A DNA stretch of 64,000 bases from Sedimentisphaerales bacterium (GCA_963663965.2 CAXXFK010000025.1:198664-262663); one strand, 5' to 3'. Counted from the stretch's first letter, positions 30,679 to 41,457 are shown. Program-made: numbers and translations. Notes: generated from the letters alone by a model not told the origin.

Positions 30679-31659
30679 CTATAACCGGGCCTTCAGTTCC
30701 TGGGCAAGATATTCAGAAAAATCCAGCGCCGCCGCTTGGGTCAGATGAACGCCGTCATAGGTATCCCATTGCTCTTGAGGCACATTTAGCCAGACGCCTC
30801 CGGCCGCCTGAAATTGCGGAATAAAATCGTCGTACTGAAAACCTGCGAATTTATGGTCTATTTCCAATCGCCAGCTAGAAGAAGGCGGCCGGAATCCATA
30901 GACTCGAATCCCCGCCTGGGTAAAGCGTCTTGTCTCGCTAAGAAACAAGGCCAGTTTTTCCGGGCAGAATAAGGGATTATCAGCTTGCCTCAAATCCACT
31001 GGCTCCTCCACAGGGAATTTATTGCAATGAGTCAAGGATTCGTCCATTTCATAGACCCAGCCGTCGCGGTGCCATATCATGGACCGTGCGGTCAGCGGCA
31101 GTGTTAAATCGACCAGAAAGCCCAGGTTGCTTTTTATCGACCGGCTGAACCGGCTGGTAACAACCGGGGCGTCATCAGCCAGAAAATTCTGTGTCGTAAC
31201 GCCAAACAAAAGAACCGGCCGGGCCGAGTTTTCATCCAATACCCGTTGTAGCGCGTTGAAATAATCTTCGTTGAATCGCAAACCGTCAAAGGCGTAATTC
31301 AAAATCCGCCCAGGCAGAAATTGTTGCATAACGGTTGGGCACAGGGCGCCATGTGCGCGTGAATCGCCTGCTATCAAGATGTCCGCGTTGTTTTGCCAGT
31401 GCTCGCGCATCAGGGAATACTGGCTGGCAGTTAATCCGTGCTGGGTGAGGAAATGGTGTCCGGTTAATAAAATCAATGCGACTAGAAAGGCGCCCAGGGT
31501 TCGTTCCTGCCGCCAGTGGGGTTGCTGTGCTTCACTTGCAGCCGGTAATTGAAGGGAGTGGCGAATGCCGCCCGGATAAACCATTTGATCTTTCAGAAGG
31601 GAACGATCCTCTGGATAAGTCAAATTCGCTGGCTCGTTATTGATAATCGTTTCAGGCAT
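30679..31659 (-). CDS. SGNH-like partner of MBOAT (AlgJ/DltD-like O-acyl transfer)
   Basis: TM, ILIAGDSR, NYAFDG, YDGVHL; directly downstream of the MBOAT gene. Confidence 0.65.
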   Translation of the reverse strand: MPETIINNEPANLTYPEDRSLLKDQMVYPGGIRHSLQLPAASEAQQPHWRQERTLGAFLVALILLTGHHFLTQHGLTASQYSLMREHWQNNADILIAGDSRAHGALCPTVMQQFLPGRILNYAFDGLRFNEDYFNALQRVLDENSARPVLLFGVTTQNFLADDAPVVTSRFSRSIKSNLGFLVDLTLPLTARSMIWHRDGWVYEMDESLTHCNKFPVEEPVDLRQADNPLFCPEKLALFLSETRRFTQAGIRVYGFRPPSSSWRLEIDHKFAGFQYDDFIPQFQAAGGVWLNVPQEQWDTYDGVHLTQAAALDFSEYLAQELKARL

Positions 31660-31683
31660 AGGATGCTTTGCTGATAGCTAAAA

Positions 31684-33123
31684 CTAAAACTGAAAGTAAA
31701 TAAATGAACTGCCGGGTCCGCGTAAGAGTATGCAGGCAAAAATCAGTACGCCCGTCATCACAACTCGTCCCCATGTAATCAGGTTATTTTGCCTTGTGGC
31801 TGTCGGTATCCGTTGACTGGCCAGGTGGTTAAGTAATGGCTGATAGCGGGATCTCAGGTGGCCTGCTCCCGCCAGGAGCGCCACAAACCACACCTGGCCT
31901 GGAATCGTTATGAGAGTGGGAGAACTGGCAAAGGGATTCAGGTGGAACATGGTAGAAATAATTTGAGCGGCTTGAGCCAGATTTTCTGCCCTGAAAAGGA
32001 TCCAGGTAACCAGTGTTAGCAGAAATACAATCATTGTCGCCAGCAACGATCCGCCCGGCCATTGCTTGATCCGGTCAGGCCATTCGGTTAACTTTTCTAC
32101 GCTGAGTAACAGGGCATGAGCCGCTCCCCACGCCAGAAATGTCCAGGCTGCGCCATGCCATAAACCTGAGAGTATCATAGTAATCCATAAATTGCGAAAG
32201 GTTCTCTGGGCGCTTCCCCGGTTTCCACCCATCGGAATATAGACATAATCGCGAAACCAGTTGGAAAGTGAAATATGCCACCTTGTCCAGAACTCCTGAA
32301 AACTGCTGGAAAGATAAGGATGATCGAAATTAAGCTTGTACTCATAACCCATCCATTTCGCCAGACCTCGGGCAATGTCGCTATACCCACTGAAGTCACA
32401 GTAAATCTGTACCGCGAATAACAAAGCCATTGCCCACCAGTACCAGCCATTGCTGTAGTAAGGATGCTCAAAAGCATTGTTCACAATCGGGGCAATCGAG
32501 TTGGCTATGGCCATTTTTTTGAAATAGCCCAAAACAATCAGCTGAAAACCGGCAAATCGCATCGGCTCATTCGTATGAGGGATGAACCGCAGTTGATCCA
32601 GCATATCGCTGGCCCGGATGATCGGGCCGGCCACAAGTTGGGGGAACATCGATAAAAAGGCAAAGAAGTGCAATATGTTGTGAGTGGGCTTTAACCGCCC
32701 GCGGTAAACATCGATCGTATAACTCATCGATTGAAAAGTATAAAAACTGATACCTACCGGCAGGATCCAGCCCAGTGGCTTAATGGACAGGTTCAATCCT
32801 GATAACGCGGATATCTGGCTGATACTCGCAATTATGAAATCCAGATATTTGAACGCGATGAGAATCCCCAGATTCCCGGATATGGATAAGACCAGCCAGC
32901 CCTTGCGCCAGCGCGGCAGATGGTTAATCGCCAGGGCGGCATAAAAGTCGATCAAACCGCTGATGAGAATCAGGATTAAAAACCGCCAGTCCCACCAGCC
33001 GTAAAATACCAATGATGCCGCAGTCAGGTATGTCCATCGCGTCAGATTATGCTGTTTCAGCCAGGGCCAGCCGATAAAAAAGGCCCCAAGAAATATGATG
33101 AAATCAACTGACGCGAATGACAT
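31684..33123 (-). CDS. MBOAT family O-acyltransferase (AlgI/DltB-like)
   Basis: LPVGISFYTFQ, FPQLVAGPI, DFSGYSDIA, FWTRWHISLS, SGLWHGA, FIYFQF. Confidence 0.93.
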   Translation of the reverse strand: MSFASVDFIIFLGAFFIGWPWLKQHNLTRWTYLTAASLVFYGWWDWRFLILILISGLIDFYAALAINHLPRWRKGWLVLSISGNLGILIAFKYLDFIIASISQISALSGLNLSIKPLGWILPVGISFYTFQSMSYTIDVYRGRLKPTHNILHFFAFLSMFPQLVAGPIIRASDMLDQLRFIPHTNEPMRFAGFQLIVLGYFKKMAIANSIAPIVNNAFEHPYYSNGWYWWAMALLFAVQIYCDFSGYSDIARGLAKWMGYEYKLNFDHPYLSSSFQEFWTRWHISLSNWFRDYVYIPMGGNRGSAQRTFRNLWITMILSGLWHGAAWTFLAWGAAHALLLSVEKLTEWPDRIKQWPGGSLLATMIVFLLTLVTWILFRAENLAQAAQIISTMFHLNPFASSPTLITIPGQVWFVALLAGAGHLRSRYQPLLNHLASQRIPTATRQNNLITWGRVVMTGVLIFACILLRGPGSSFIYFQF

Positions 33124-33434
33124 TGGTACTACTCTTTCAGGATGAATAATCGTTTTATTCGTTAAAACTACTATCGACCTGCTAATGAGTACCATTTACT
33201 AAAAAATTGACCGGTTCATGATTCCACGGCAGTTGCAATGGGCGGCCCAGAAGGGGCCTGGACGATGGGTGACAATCTCGGTACAAAACGAACCCAACCA
33301 GGATTTTATCCGATTTAACATCTTATGAATGCGGGAATTACTGCTTTGTGAATTGCCTCGCTAAACAAACCCAATGAAATCATCAGGCTTCGTTTTATCT
33401 GTTCACCGTTAATATGGATGGACCATTAAGTTAA

Positions 33435-33469
33435 AAAGCCCATAGACAGGCTGTGTGTCTATGGGCTTT
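33435..33469. terminator. Bidirectional terminator-like hairpin
   Basis: 14-bp stem aaagcccatagaca / tgtctatgggcttt. Confidence 0.6.
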
Positions 33470-33674
33470 AATGAATTGATTTATACAAAAAAATTGGCAC
33501 ACCGCTCGCTGGTCGGTCGGGTTTTTAGAGGTGAAAAATAAACGAGCAGTATGCCAAAGTATTGGGCTAATTAATATTTAGTTGTGCAATAACATTATAA
33601 TTATAATACATATATACGAACAAAGTGAAGTCAAAGCAAGAAAATTATTGAAAAAAATCATGGAATCCATGATG

Positions 33675-34793
33675 TCAGGGGATTGAAATTTTGTTAGTTT
33701 TCTGTTCAGAGGTCAGTAACACTTGTCGGCACATGAGTTTAACAGTAAGGGTGATTTTTTGCGGTTTTGTGTGAATTTTTCGCAATAATTCTACATTTAT
33801 GGATTGTTCTGGCTGACAACGATGCAGATGACTTAACAGATCATCAGGGGTGTGAATCTCTGTTCCATCGATTTGGGTAATAATATCTCCATTTTGAATT
33901 CCCGATTCCCAGGCCGGAGTATTTGGTAATACCGAAGCGACGAGCACACCGGATAAATCATTCATCCCCATGGTGTGCCCAATGCCCTGAGAAATTGAAA
34001 TCGGTTGAATACCGAGAAACGCATGTTCAATTGGAGTGCCCACTTTTAGCTGGTTGATACGATTACAGGTATCTGAATCCATTATTATCGCAAACCCGAA
34101 TTGTTTGCCTGTTTCAGATCCAATCCCGAGGGCGGTGTTTAACCCGATCATTCGCCCGTTACTATCGATGAGCGGACCGCCGCTGTTTCCTGGCAAAGTT
34201 TTGGCGTCGGTCTGGATCATATTGTCATAAAACCGGTTATTGCGGGGATCTATTGATGAAGATAATCGCTGTCCCAACCGGTTGATCATCCCAAAGGTGA
34301 CTACTGTTTGACCATCTGATGCCGTATCCAGCGGATTTCCCAGGGCCGCGATGGGGATTCCGGCCCCCAGTCCCTCTATATTGCCAAACTCGATGGCGGG
34401 CAAATCGTCTGAAGTCTCAATCTTTAATATCGCCAGATCGTCTCTGATAGACGCTCCAACCAGATGGGCCGAATATGTTTTTTTGTTGTACAAAGTGACA
34501 CAAATATCGCTGGCATCATGAATAATGTGTTCATTGGTCAGAATATAGCCTTCCGTGTCAATGATCACGCCGCTGCCGGCCGAATCAATAGGTTCTCCCC
34601 TTGTTGTGATATTACTGGCCGAAATAGCCACGGTACATTGCATCGCATGATGTAAGCCTGACTGGTTCCATTGGCGGGTATCGATATAAGACTGATTTGA
34701 TTTTTGCGATAGAAAATAACCTGTAAAAAATCCTGCCCCAAGACCAATCAGGCAGAAATTCATAACCAGTAAATAAAATATTGGACGTTTCAC
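33675..34793 (-). CDS. HtrA/DegS-like serine protease with one PDZ domain
   Basis: TM, GSGVII, LTNEH, DLAILK, PGNSGGP, C-terminal PDZ. Confidence 0.9.
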   Translation of the reverse strand: MKRPIFYLLVMNFCLIGLGAGFFTGYFLSQKSNQSYIDTRQWNQSGLHHAMQCTVAISASNITTRGEPIDSAGSGVIIDTEGYILTNEHIIHDASDICVTLYNKKTYSAHLVGASIRDDLAILKIETSDDLPAIEFGNIEGLGAGIPIAALGNPLDTASDGQTVVTFGMINRLGQRLSSSIDPRNNRFYDNMIQTDAKTLPGNSGGPLIDSNGRMIGLNTALGIGSETGKQFGFAIIMDSDTCNRINQLKVGTPIEHAFLGIQPISISQGIGHTMGMNDLSGVLVASVLPNTPAWESGIQNGDIITQIDGTEIHTPDDLLSHLHRCQPEQSINVELLRKIHTKPQKITLTVKLMCRQVLLTSEQKTNKISIP

Positions 34794-35062
34794 TGTTTAA
34801 TTCCTTAATCAACAGCGCCTTATAACATTTTCTCTTCCTCTCTGATGTTCCTATTATACCAGAATCAGATAAACAAAATAAGAAATTTTGCTTACATCAT
34901 CAGAATATTCACATGGCTGCGGCTACACAGTTCCATTTACGCACAATATTCAGCTTGGATGACCTGAAATACTTTTAAAGGTTCAACCCGTTTGAAGTCT
35001 TTGTAAAAGTTCTGTTCTTGACGGATAGATAAAAAGACGTAAACTATTTTATTCACTTGTTA

Positions 35063-35167
35063 TATACTGCTTACAATTGAAAATACCCGCTGGGCCGTGA
35101 TATAAGTTCTACGCGAGTAAAAACTTATCTTGCGAGCGATCGGGAATTTTCATACCCATTGGGTATA
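35063..35167. mobile_element. ERIC-like MITE (105 bp)
   Basis: TATAC...GTATA termini, long imperfect internal hairpin, diverged second copy at 48938-49043. Confidence 0.7.
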
Positions 35168-35168
35168 G

Positions 35169-36845
35169 ATGAATAATTTTATGACAGAATCCGATAAATA
35201 TAAACATATAGCTTCGTGGTCCCATGCAGGCATAATAGCTTTTATTATTGCCGGCTCTTATCTGGTAATCAGTTGCAGTTCGACCTTGTGGGACCGGGAT
35301 GAACCGCGATTTTGCCGGGCAACGGCTGAAATGATTCAAACCGGCAATTTTTTATATCCCACTTTTAACGGTCAGCTTCGCCCCGATAAGCCGATTATGA
35401 TCTATTGGGCCATGTCAATTCCTATGCGTTTACTGGGGCAGACCGAACTGGCTTGCCGGTTCTGCTCCTGCCTGGCGATGGCGCTTTCCTGTCTGGTCAT
35501 CTGGCGACTTGGATGTCGTTTCTTTAATCCCGATACCGGTGTCTGGGCGATGATCATTTTGAGTACCAGTGCAATGCCATTGTTCATGGGTACTTTTGCC
35601 ACTGCGGATGCCCTGTTGCTTGCGTTTATGATGCTGGCAATGCTTGTCTGGTATGACCGGGAGGGCCAGATATCAATGATTCGTATACTGTTACTGGGCC
35701 TGTTATTAGGCGGTGCATTGCTTACCAAAGGGCCGGTTGGCCTGTTACCGGTTTTAGTCATTGCGGTTACCGGTTTCATTAACCGGCGTGAGGTTGCAGT
35801 GACCAGAGCAGGCCCGTTGTCTGTACTCTTCGCTTTGCTGATTGGTATCGGTTTTTTTGTCGCCTGGGGAATTCCTGCCAATAATGCTACTAACGGAGAG
35901 TTTTTTCAGCTTGGGATTGGGCATCATGTGATCAAACGTTCGGTTAATCCCCTTGAAAACCATGGTGGAGATTTACTTTTATATCTGCCCTATTATTTAC
36001 CGGTAATTTTGATTGGGTTTTTCCCATGGACAGTATTCCTGCCCGGAGCAATTTGCGCCGTTTTACGAAAAGAAATTGGCGTGGCAACTGGTCGCCGGAC
36101 TTTAATCGGCTGGGCGTTGTCAGTATTGGTTTTGATGACTCTGGTTATGACTAAATTGCCGCATTATGTAATTTTTATGTGGCCGGCTTTGTCGCTGGCT
36201 ACTGCTGCAACGTTAAATGCGGCCAATATGAAAAAAGTCGAAGAAAAAACCCGAAAGTGGCTGCGAGGGGGAATCTGGTTTCTGGTCCCACTGATTTTTC
36301 CGGCTGGGTTAGTTCTGATGATTGGCCCGTGGTTCACGCCAATTCCGGCGCTTAAGTTCCCGGGCCTGTTGGCTGGATTAATTATGATGAGTTTTGGAAT
36401 CTTAGTGATCAGGAACCATCTCAAAGAACGATATCTGCTTTCTGCCCAAATTTGTACGGCTGGTATGATTCTGTTTATGACGGTGGTTGCGACCCTGCTG
36501 ATACCGGCGATCGAGACCGTGAAAATCTCTCCAAAGATTGTTGATGCTATTCTCGATAGCTCATCTCCTGATGCGCCGGTGGCTTGTTATAGTTATAAAG
36601 AACCAACCTTGAATTTTTATCTTAATCGTCATATCGATTATCCGGATCGTGATGAACTGCAAGACTGGTGTTCACAACCGGAACCGGGGTATTTGATTAT
36701 TCCAGCTGATATTCTGCAAAAATTGAATGATAAATTGCCCAATCCCATTCATCTAAAGGAATTCCGGCATATCGCCGGGATTAACTATTCTAACGGGAAA
36801 GAGCAGGAGATACTCATTCTCCAGCGGCATCAATCGGAGGGGTGA
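35169..36845 (+). CDS. ArnT/PMT-like GT-C glycosyltransferase
   Basis: DRDEPRF, RPDKP, LTKGP, FFPW, TKLPHY; many TM helices. Confidence 0.88.
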   Translation: MNNFMTESDKYKHIASWSHAGIIAFIIAGSYLVISCSSTLWDRDEPRFCRATAEMIQTGNFLYPTFNGQLRPDKPIMIYWAMSIPMRLLGQTELACRFCSCLAMALSCLVIWRLGCRFFNPDTGVWAMIILSTSAMPLFMGTFATADALLLAFMMLAMLVWYDREGQISMIRILLLGLLLGGALLTKGPVGLLPVLVIAVTGFINRREVAVTRAGPLSVLFALLIGIGFFVAWGIPANNATNGEFFQLGIGHHVIKRSVNPLENHGGDLLLYLPYYLPVILIGFFPWTVFLPGAICAVLRKEIGVATGRRTLIGWALSVLVLMTLVMTKLPHYVIFMWPALSLATAATLNAANMKKVEEKTRKWLRGGIWFLVPLIFPAGLVLMIGPWFTPIPALKFPGLLAGLIMMSFGILVIRNHLKERYLLSAQICTAGMILFMTVVATLLIPAIETVKISPKIVDAILDSSSPDAPVACYSYKEPTLNFYLNRHIDYPDRDELQDWCSQPEPGYLIIPADILQKLNDKLPNPIHLKEFRHIAGINYSNGKEQEILILQRHQSEG

Positions 36846-36893
36846 TTTTTTATCGAGACAAAAAAAAATACATTATTATTTGAAATCATTTCT

Positions 36894-37709
36894 GTGGTAC
36901 GCACTCGCGCCTGGGTGCGGCGTTATCTGTTGATCGGTTTATTCATTGTAGCGGTGGCCGCCTGGTGTCAGCTATTTATTGATATTCCATTATCCAAATG
37001 GATTTCAGATCACAAAATAAAATGGCATAAAGAGATATCCTGCATAAATTCTTTCCGTCAACTAGGTAAGGCTTGGGTTATCATCTGGTTGTTAACGCTT
37101 TGGGGATGGCTGACTCGCCGTTCGCGCTCATTTCTCATGGGTTTGATCGTATTGGCTGTCATCTCGCCCAGCATCCTTCCGATTAAAATTGCCACCCAGC
37201 GTTATCGGCCAGAAACCTCAATTCGTTACTCATCGATGAATATCAACCGCTTTTGTTTTAAGGCCGGAGACCTGTCTTTCCCTTCGGGGGATACGGCAAC
37301 GGTGTTTGCCATCGCAGCGGTCCTGACCAGTGGGGCCGGTTGGGTAAAAATTCTGCGGGGTGCATTTTTCTTTACAATTGCCGGTGCCATTGGTGCGTTA
37401 CGGATTGTTTCATTGGACCACTTTCTTTCTGATGTGATTGTGGGAGCGGCCATTGGTATTCTTGGCGGTCGCATTGCCCTGCAATATTCCCATATTGTAT
37501 TTAAAAAAGATTTGACCTGGATGCAGACTTTCTGGGAGAAATACGCCGTATTGGTTTTGCTGATCGGATTACCGCTTTTAATTGCATTATGCGAAACCAC
37601 CAGCCCCCTTAACACCTTCCTTCAGGGTTACGGACCCATTTTATTAATAATCACAACCATGACCCGTCATCATTATCGTCCCTGGTTGCGTGGCGCGGTT
37701 GAAGTTTGA
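36894..37709 (+). CDS. PAP2 family membrane phosphatase
   Basis: K...RYRP, SFPSGD (His replaced by Asp), R...HFLSDV. Confidence 0.8.
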   Translation: MVRTRAWVRRYLLIGLFIVAVAAWCQLFIDIPLSKWISDHKIKWHKEISCINSFRQLGKAWVIIWLLTLWGWLTRRSRSFLMGLIVLAVISPSILPIKIATQRYRPETSIRYSSMNINRFCFKAGDLSFPSGDTATVFAIAAVLTSGAGWVKILRGAFFFTIAGAIGALRIVSLDHFLSDVIVGAAIGILGGRIALQYSHIVFKKDLTWMQTFWEKYAVLVLLIGLPLLIALCETTSPLNTFLQGYGPILLIITTMTRHHYRPWLRGAVEV

Positions 37710-37715
37710 TACGCG

Positions 37716-38426
37716 TTATAAACCCAGGTGAATCATGATGCCACAGGACAGAATGGTTCCACCGGCCACGGCATGGGTATAGCGTTCCAGTTTTTTCATG
37801 GGTAAAAAGCTGATTCCGTAGGATGATAACATGACAACCGCCAGCATCATTCCAATGGTGCAGACCGAGAAAATAGCAGCGACCAGCGCTACTCCAGATG
37901 GGCTTAATTTGGCTGCCGGAAACATTAAGAGCGGGATCAAGGGCTCACAGGGGCCAAGGATGAATATGATAAAAAGCGCCCAGGGCGTAAGTGAGACTTT
38001 TTTCCCCTGGTCATGGATATGAGCGTGTTCATTGTGGTGGTTGTGTTGATGAAGATGGGCTTCACCATCGGTATGGACATGGATATGAGTATGAGGTTTA
38101 TTCTTAATGGCTCGATGGATTCCCCAAATCATATAGGCGAAACCAAAAGCAGTGAGTATCCAGGCCGCCCAATCCCCGCGCACGCCTTCAAAGGCTTCCA
38201 GTTTTCCTACGGCGATTCCTGCAATGATGCCGATAGCGCCTAATACAACCGAACTGCCCACATGACCTATGCCGCAAAGCAGAGTGATCATAAAAGTTTT
38301 GAACATCGACCATTGGCGGGATTTTGCCATTACGATAAATGGCAAGTAGTGATCAGGTCCCATCAAGGTATGGGTTAGACCTATGCCGGCGGCTGCGCCA
38401 CTTAAAGCAAGAATGGAAGTTTCCAT
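37716..38426 (-). CDS. His-rich Ni/Co transporter (NicO/RcnA/UreH-like)
   Basis: HTLMGPDH, GIGH, His-rich loop HTHIHVH...HQHNHHNEHAHIH, LGPCEP. Confidence 0.75.
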   Translation of the reverse strand: METSILALSGAAAGIGLTHTLMGPDHYLPFIVMAKSRQWSMFKTFMITLLCGIGHVGSSVVLGAIGIIAGIAVGKLEAFEGVRGDWAAWILTAFGFAYMIWGIHRAIKNKPHTHIHVHTDGEAHLHQHNHHNEHAHIHDQGKKVSLTPWALFIIFILGPCEPLIPLLMFPAAKLSPSGVALVAAIFSVCTIGMMLAVVMLSSYGISFLPMKKLERYTHAVAGGTILSCGIMIHLGL

Positions 38427-38558
38427 GAAAGCTCCATATGGGGATAGGGTTGTTCAATAAATCACAGGAACACTCATGGTAGCATAAAATCCAAATTTTT
38501 GCTACCATATTATTTCCCGGCAGTTCTGATTTGTAGTAACTGATTTGATTTTCAAGAG

Positions 38559-40943
38559 TTACTTCGTTCCCCATGGAATATTCAGCCCTGATCCAAAAGC
38601 GGAGTTACCCCGATTATTGGCTTTATCTGTGCGTTTGTTGTCAGATGTCCGTTTGTTCTGTGAGGGAGCAGCCGCAGAACGATACGGTTTTGGGGAATCT
38701 TGCTGGCGATGGGTTTGAGGCGCTGTTTTATTGGAAGTCTGTTCGGATTTCATACTTAACGCAATCCGTTTGCGTTCAATGTCCACTTCAACCACCCGCA
38801 CTTTGACTTTCTGCTGGACTTTCACCACTTCATTGGGATCCTTGACAAAGCGGTCAGACATTTCGCTGATATGTATTAAGCCATCCTGATGAACACCAAT
38901 ATCACAGAAAGCGCCAAAAGCAGTAATATTGGTAATGATGCCGGGCAAAACCATCCCAACCGTTAAGTCGGCCATCGCGTTGATACCCTCGGCAAACTGA
39001 AAAATTTCAAATTGCTGGCGTGGATCGCGTCCCGGCTTGCTTAATTCCGCCTTAATATCATTTAAAGTCGGCAGGCCTGTCGTGTCCGTGACGTATTTAC
39101 CAAGCTCGATCCGGCCGCGTAATGACTCATCTCGAATCAGATCATTGACTGAACAATTCAAATCAGCGGCCATCCGGTCGACTATGCCATAACTTTCCGG
39201 ATGGACGGCGCTGGCATCCAGGGGATTGCGGGCATTACGGATTCTTAAAAAACCGGCACACTGTTCGAAGGTTTTGGGGCCTAAACCTGACACTTTTTTG
39301 ATTTCAGCCCGGGATTGGAACGGGCCATGCTCGTTGCGATGGGCAACAATTTTTCCTGCGAGCGTTGGTCCTACCCCGGAAACATAAGTCAATAACTGCT
39401 TACTGGCAGTATTGATTTCGACGCCGACATTATTCACGCAACTCATGACCGTGTCATCCAGACTGTCTTTCAGCAGATTTTGATCGACATCATGCTGGTA
39501 CTGGCCAACCCCGATCGATTTGGGGTCGATCTTAACCAGTTCGGCCAACGGATCCATCAGGCGCCGGCCGATCGATACTGCGCCACGAACGGTTAAATCC
39601 AGATCCGGGAACTCTTCGCGGGCGACCTCCGAAGCCGAATAAATTGACGCGCCGGATTCATTAACCATAATCACCGGAATCGATAATTTTAACTGTCCCA
39701 GAAACGCTTCCGTTTCGCGTCCGGCAGTGCCGTTGCCGACGGCAATGGCTTCGATTTCGAATTTTTTGATCAGGTGCAGGACGGTTTCGGCGGCTTCGAT
39801 CATTTTCTGCTGGCCGTTATGGGGATAAATCGCTTCATGATGCATCAGTTTACCCTGACGGTTCAGACAAGCCAGTTTACAGCCGGTTCGAAAACCCGGA
39901 TCCAGCGCCATGACATTTTTTTCGCCCAATGGCGAACTGAGCAACAGTTGGCGTACATTTTCCGCAAAAACTTTAATCGCTTCGCGGTCAGCGGTCTGTT
40001 TGGTTTCCAGCCGGATTTCTGTTTCCATTTGTAAACTCAACAACCGCTTGAATCCATCGACTATAGCCTGCCGGATCTGGTCGGCAACCGGTCCATGGGT
40101 ACGCAGATACATGTCTTCCAGTAAGTTGTGGGCCAGTTCTTCGGGGGCCAATATCCGCAAAGTTAATATTTTTTCCGCCGCGCCCCGTCGCATGGCTAAA
40201 ATTCGATGGGATGGCGCTGATTTGACCGGTTCGCTCCAATCGAAATAATCTTTGTATTTAATGCCTTCTGCTTCTTTGTCGGACAGGACTTTACAGAAAA
40301 ATTCGCCTTTTTCCCAGTAGAGTTTACGGATCTGGTTTCTTGCCTCCTGATCTTCACTAATCCATTCAGCAATTATATCCCGGGCGCCGGCCAGGGCTTC
40401 TTCGGGATTATTAACTTCTTTTTCGGCATGGATATATTTAGCCGCTTCAAGGGCCAGATCGCCCGCTTGCTGCTCGAAAATCCATTGGGCCAGAGGTTCC
40501 AGCCCTTTTTCTTTGGCGATGGTTGCCCGGGTGCGGCGTTTGGGTTTATAGGGCAGGTAGAGGTCTTCCAGGGCGGTCATGGTTTCAGCCGCCTGGATTT
40601 TTTCTTTTAATTCATCGGTAAGCTTGCCTTGCTCGGTTATGCTTTTCAGGATGGCATCGCGCCGTTTGTCCAGATCACGCAACTGGGCCAACCGGTCACG
40701 AATGGCGGTAACCGCTACTTCGTCCATACTGCCGCTGGCTTCTTTACGGTACCGGGCAATAAATGGCACGGTCGCACCCTCTTCCAGCAGGGCGGTTACG
40801 GCTTCGACATTCCGGGCTTTCAGAGTCAGTTCTTCAGCAATTTTTACAATGTATTGAGATGTGCGGGCTGCCAAAACGGCCGGATTCGCAGGATCGTTAT
40901 CATCTTCTAAGGGATTAATTTGAGTAAAATCAGTCGGTTCCAA
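38559..40943 (-). CDS. tex: Tex family RNA-binding transcriptional accessory protein
   Basis: TVPFIARYRKE, DPGFRTGCK, ESGASIYSAS, IGVGQYQHDV, C-terminal S1 domain. Confidence 0.95.
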   Translation of the reverse strand: MEPTDFTQINPLEDDNDPANPAVLAARTSQYIVKIAEELTLKARNVEAVTALLEEGATVPFIARYRKEASGSMDEVAVTAIRDRLAQLRDLDKRRDAILKSITEQGKLTDELKEKIQAAETMTALEDLYLPYKPKRRTRATIAKEKGLEPLAQWIFEQQAGDLALEAAKYIHAEKEVNNPEEALAGARDIIAEWISEDQEARNQIRKLYWEKGEFFCKVLSDKEAEGIKYKDYFDWSEPVKSAPSHRILAMRRGAAEKILTLRILAPEELAHNLLEDMYLRTHGPVADQIRQAIVDGFKRLLSLQMETEIRLETKQTADREAIKVFAENVRQLLLSSPLGEKNVMALDPGFRTGCKLACLNRQGKLMHHEAIYPHNGQQKMIEAAETVLHLIKKFEIEAIAVGNGTAGRETEAFLGQLKLSIPVIMVNESGASIYSASEVAREEFPDLDLTVRGAVSIGRRLMDPLAELVKIDPKSIGVGQYQHDVDQNLLKDSLDDTVMSCVNNVGVEINTASKQLLTYVSGVGPTLAGKIVAHRNEHGPFQSRAEIKKVSGLGPKTFEQCAGFLRIRNARNPLDASAVHPESYGIVDRMAADLNCSVNDLIRDESLRGRIELGKYVTDTTGLPTLNDIKAELSKPGRDPRQQFEIFQFAEGINAMADLTVGMVLPGIITNITAFGAFCDIGVHQDGLIHISEMSDRFVKDPNEVVKVQQKVKVRVVEVDIERKRIALSMKSEQTSNKTAPQTHRQQDSPKPYRSAAAPSQNKRTSDNKRTDKANNRGNSAFGSGLNIPWGTK

Positions 40944-41022
40944 TTAATGTTCCTTTGCTATTGCGTGTTTGTACTATTCCGTATATGATCTATGATAGCT
41001 GAACAATTAAAGGCAAACGATA

Positions 41023-41457
41023 ATGAATTGTCAAGTCTCATCGACAAATAAAATCCGGTATAAAAGGGGGCTGTCAATGGTAGATACCCAGGCTCTTCGA
41101 TTCATCATGCTGCTGTCACTAATGATCCCGCTGAGTGGCTGCATCTGTTTGCACCCCGATTCTGATGATGTCAAAGTTCAGTGCTGGCCGCTTTACAACA
41201 GCAACCGCGCAACCGTTTCTCATGAAAGCGGTTCAAAAACAACCCGTGAGCATGGCGACTGTCTGATATTGATCCGCTGGGATAATGAAACAGGCTATGA
41301 TACAAAAAATGAGTTAATTGAAAAGAAAATCCATCGTATGTTTATCCCGTTTTATGATAGTCGTTATACGCTGACCGATACAGAAAAAGAAGGATCCGGC
41401 CGGATCCTGTTTTTCCCTTACCAATTCCATAAAGAAATCGATCACCCATGGCAGTGA
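41023..41457 (+). CDS. Hypothetical lipoprotein
   Basis: Hydrophobic stretch + LSGC lipobox; overlaps the next gene; start may be ATG 41077. Confidence 0.6.
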   Translation: MNCQVSSTNKIRYKRGLSMVDTQALRFIMLLSLMIPLSGCICLHPDSDDVKVQCWPLYNSNRATVSHESGSKTTREHGDCLILIRWDNETGYDTKNELIEKKIHRMFIPFYDSRYTLTDTEKEGSGRILFFPYQFHKEIDHPWQ

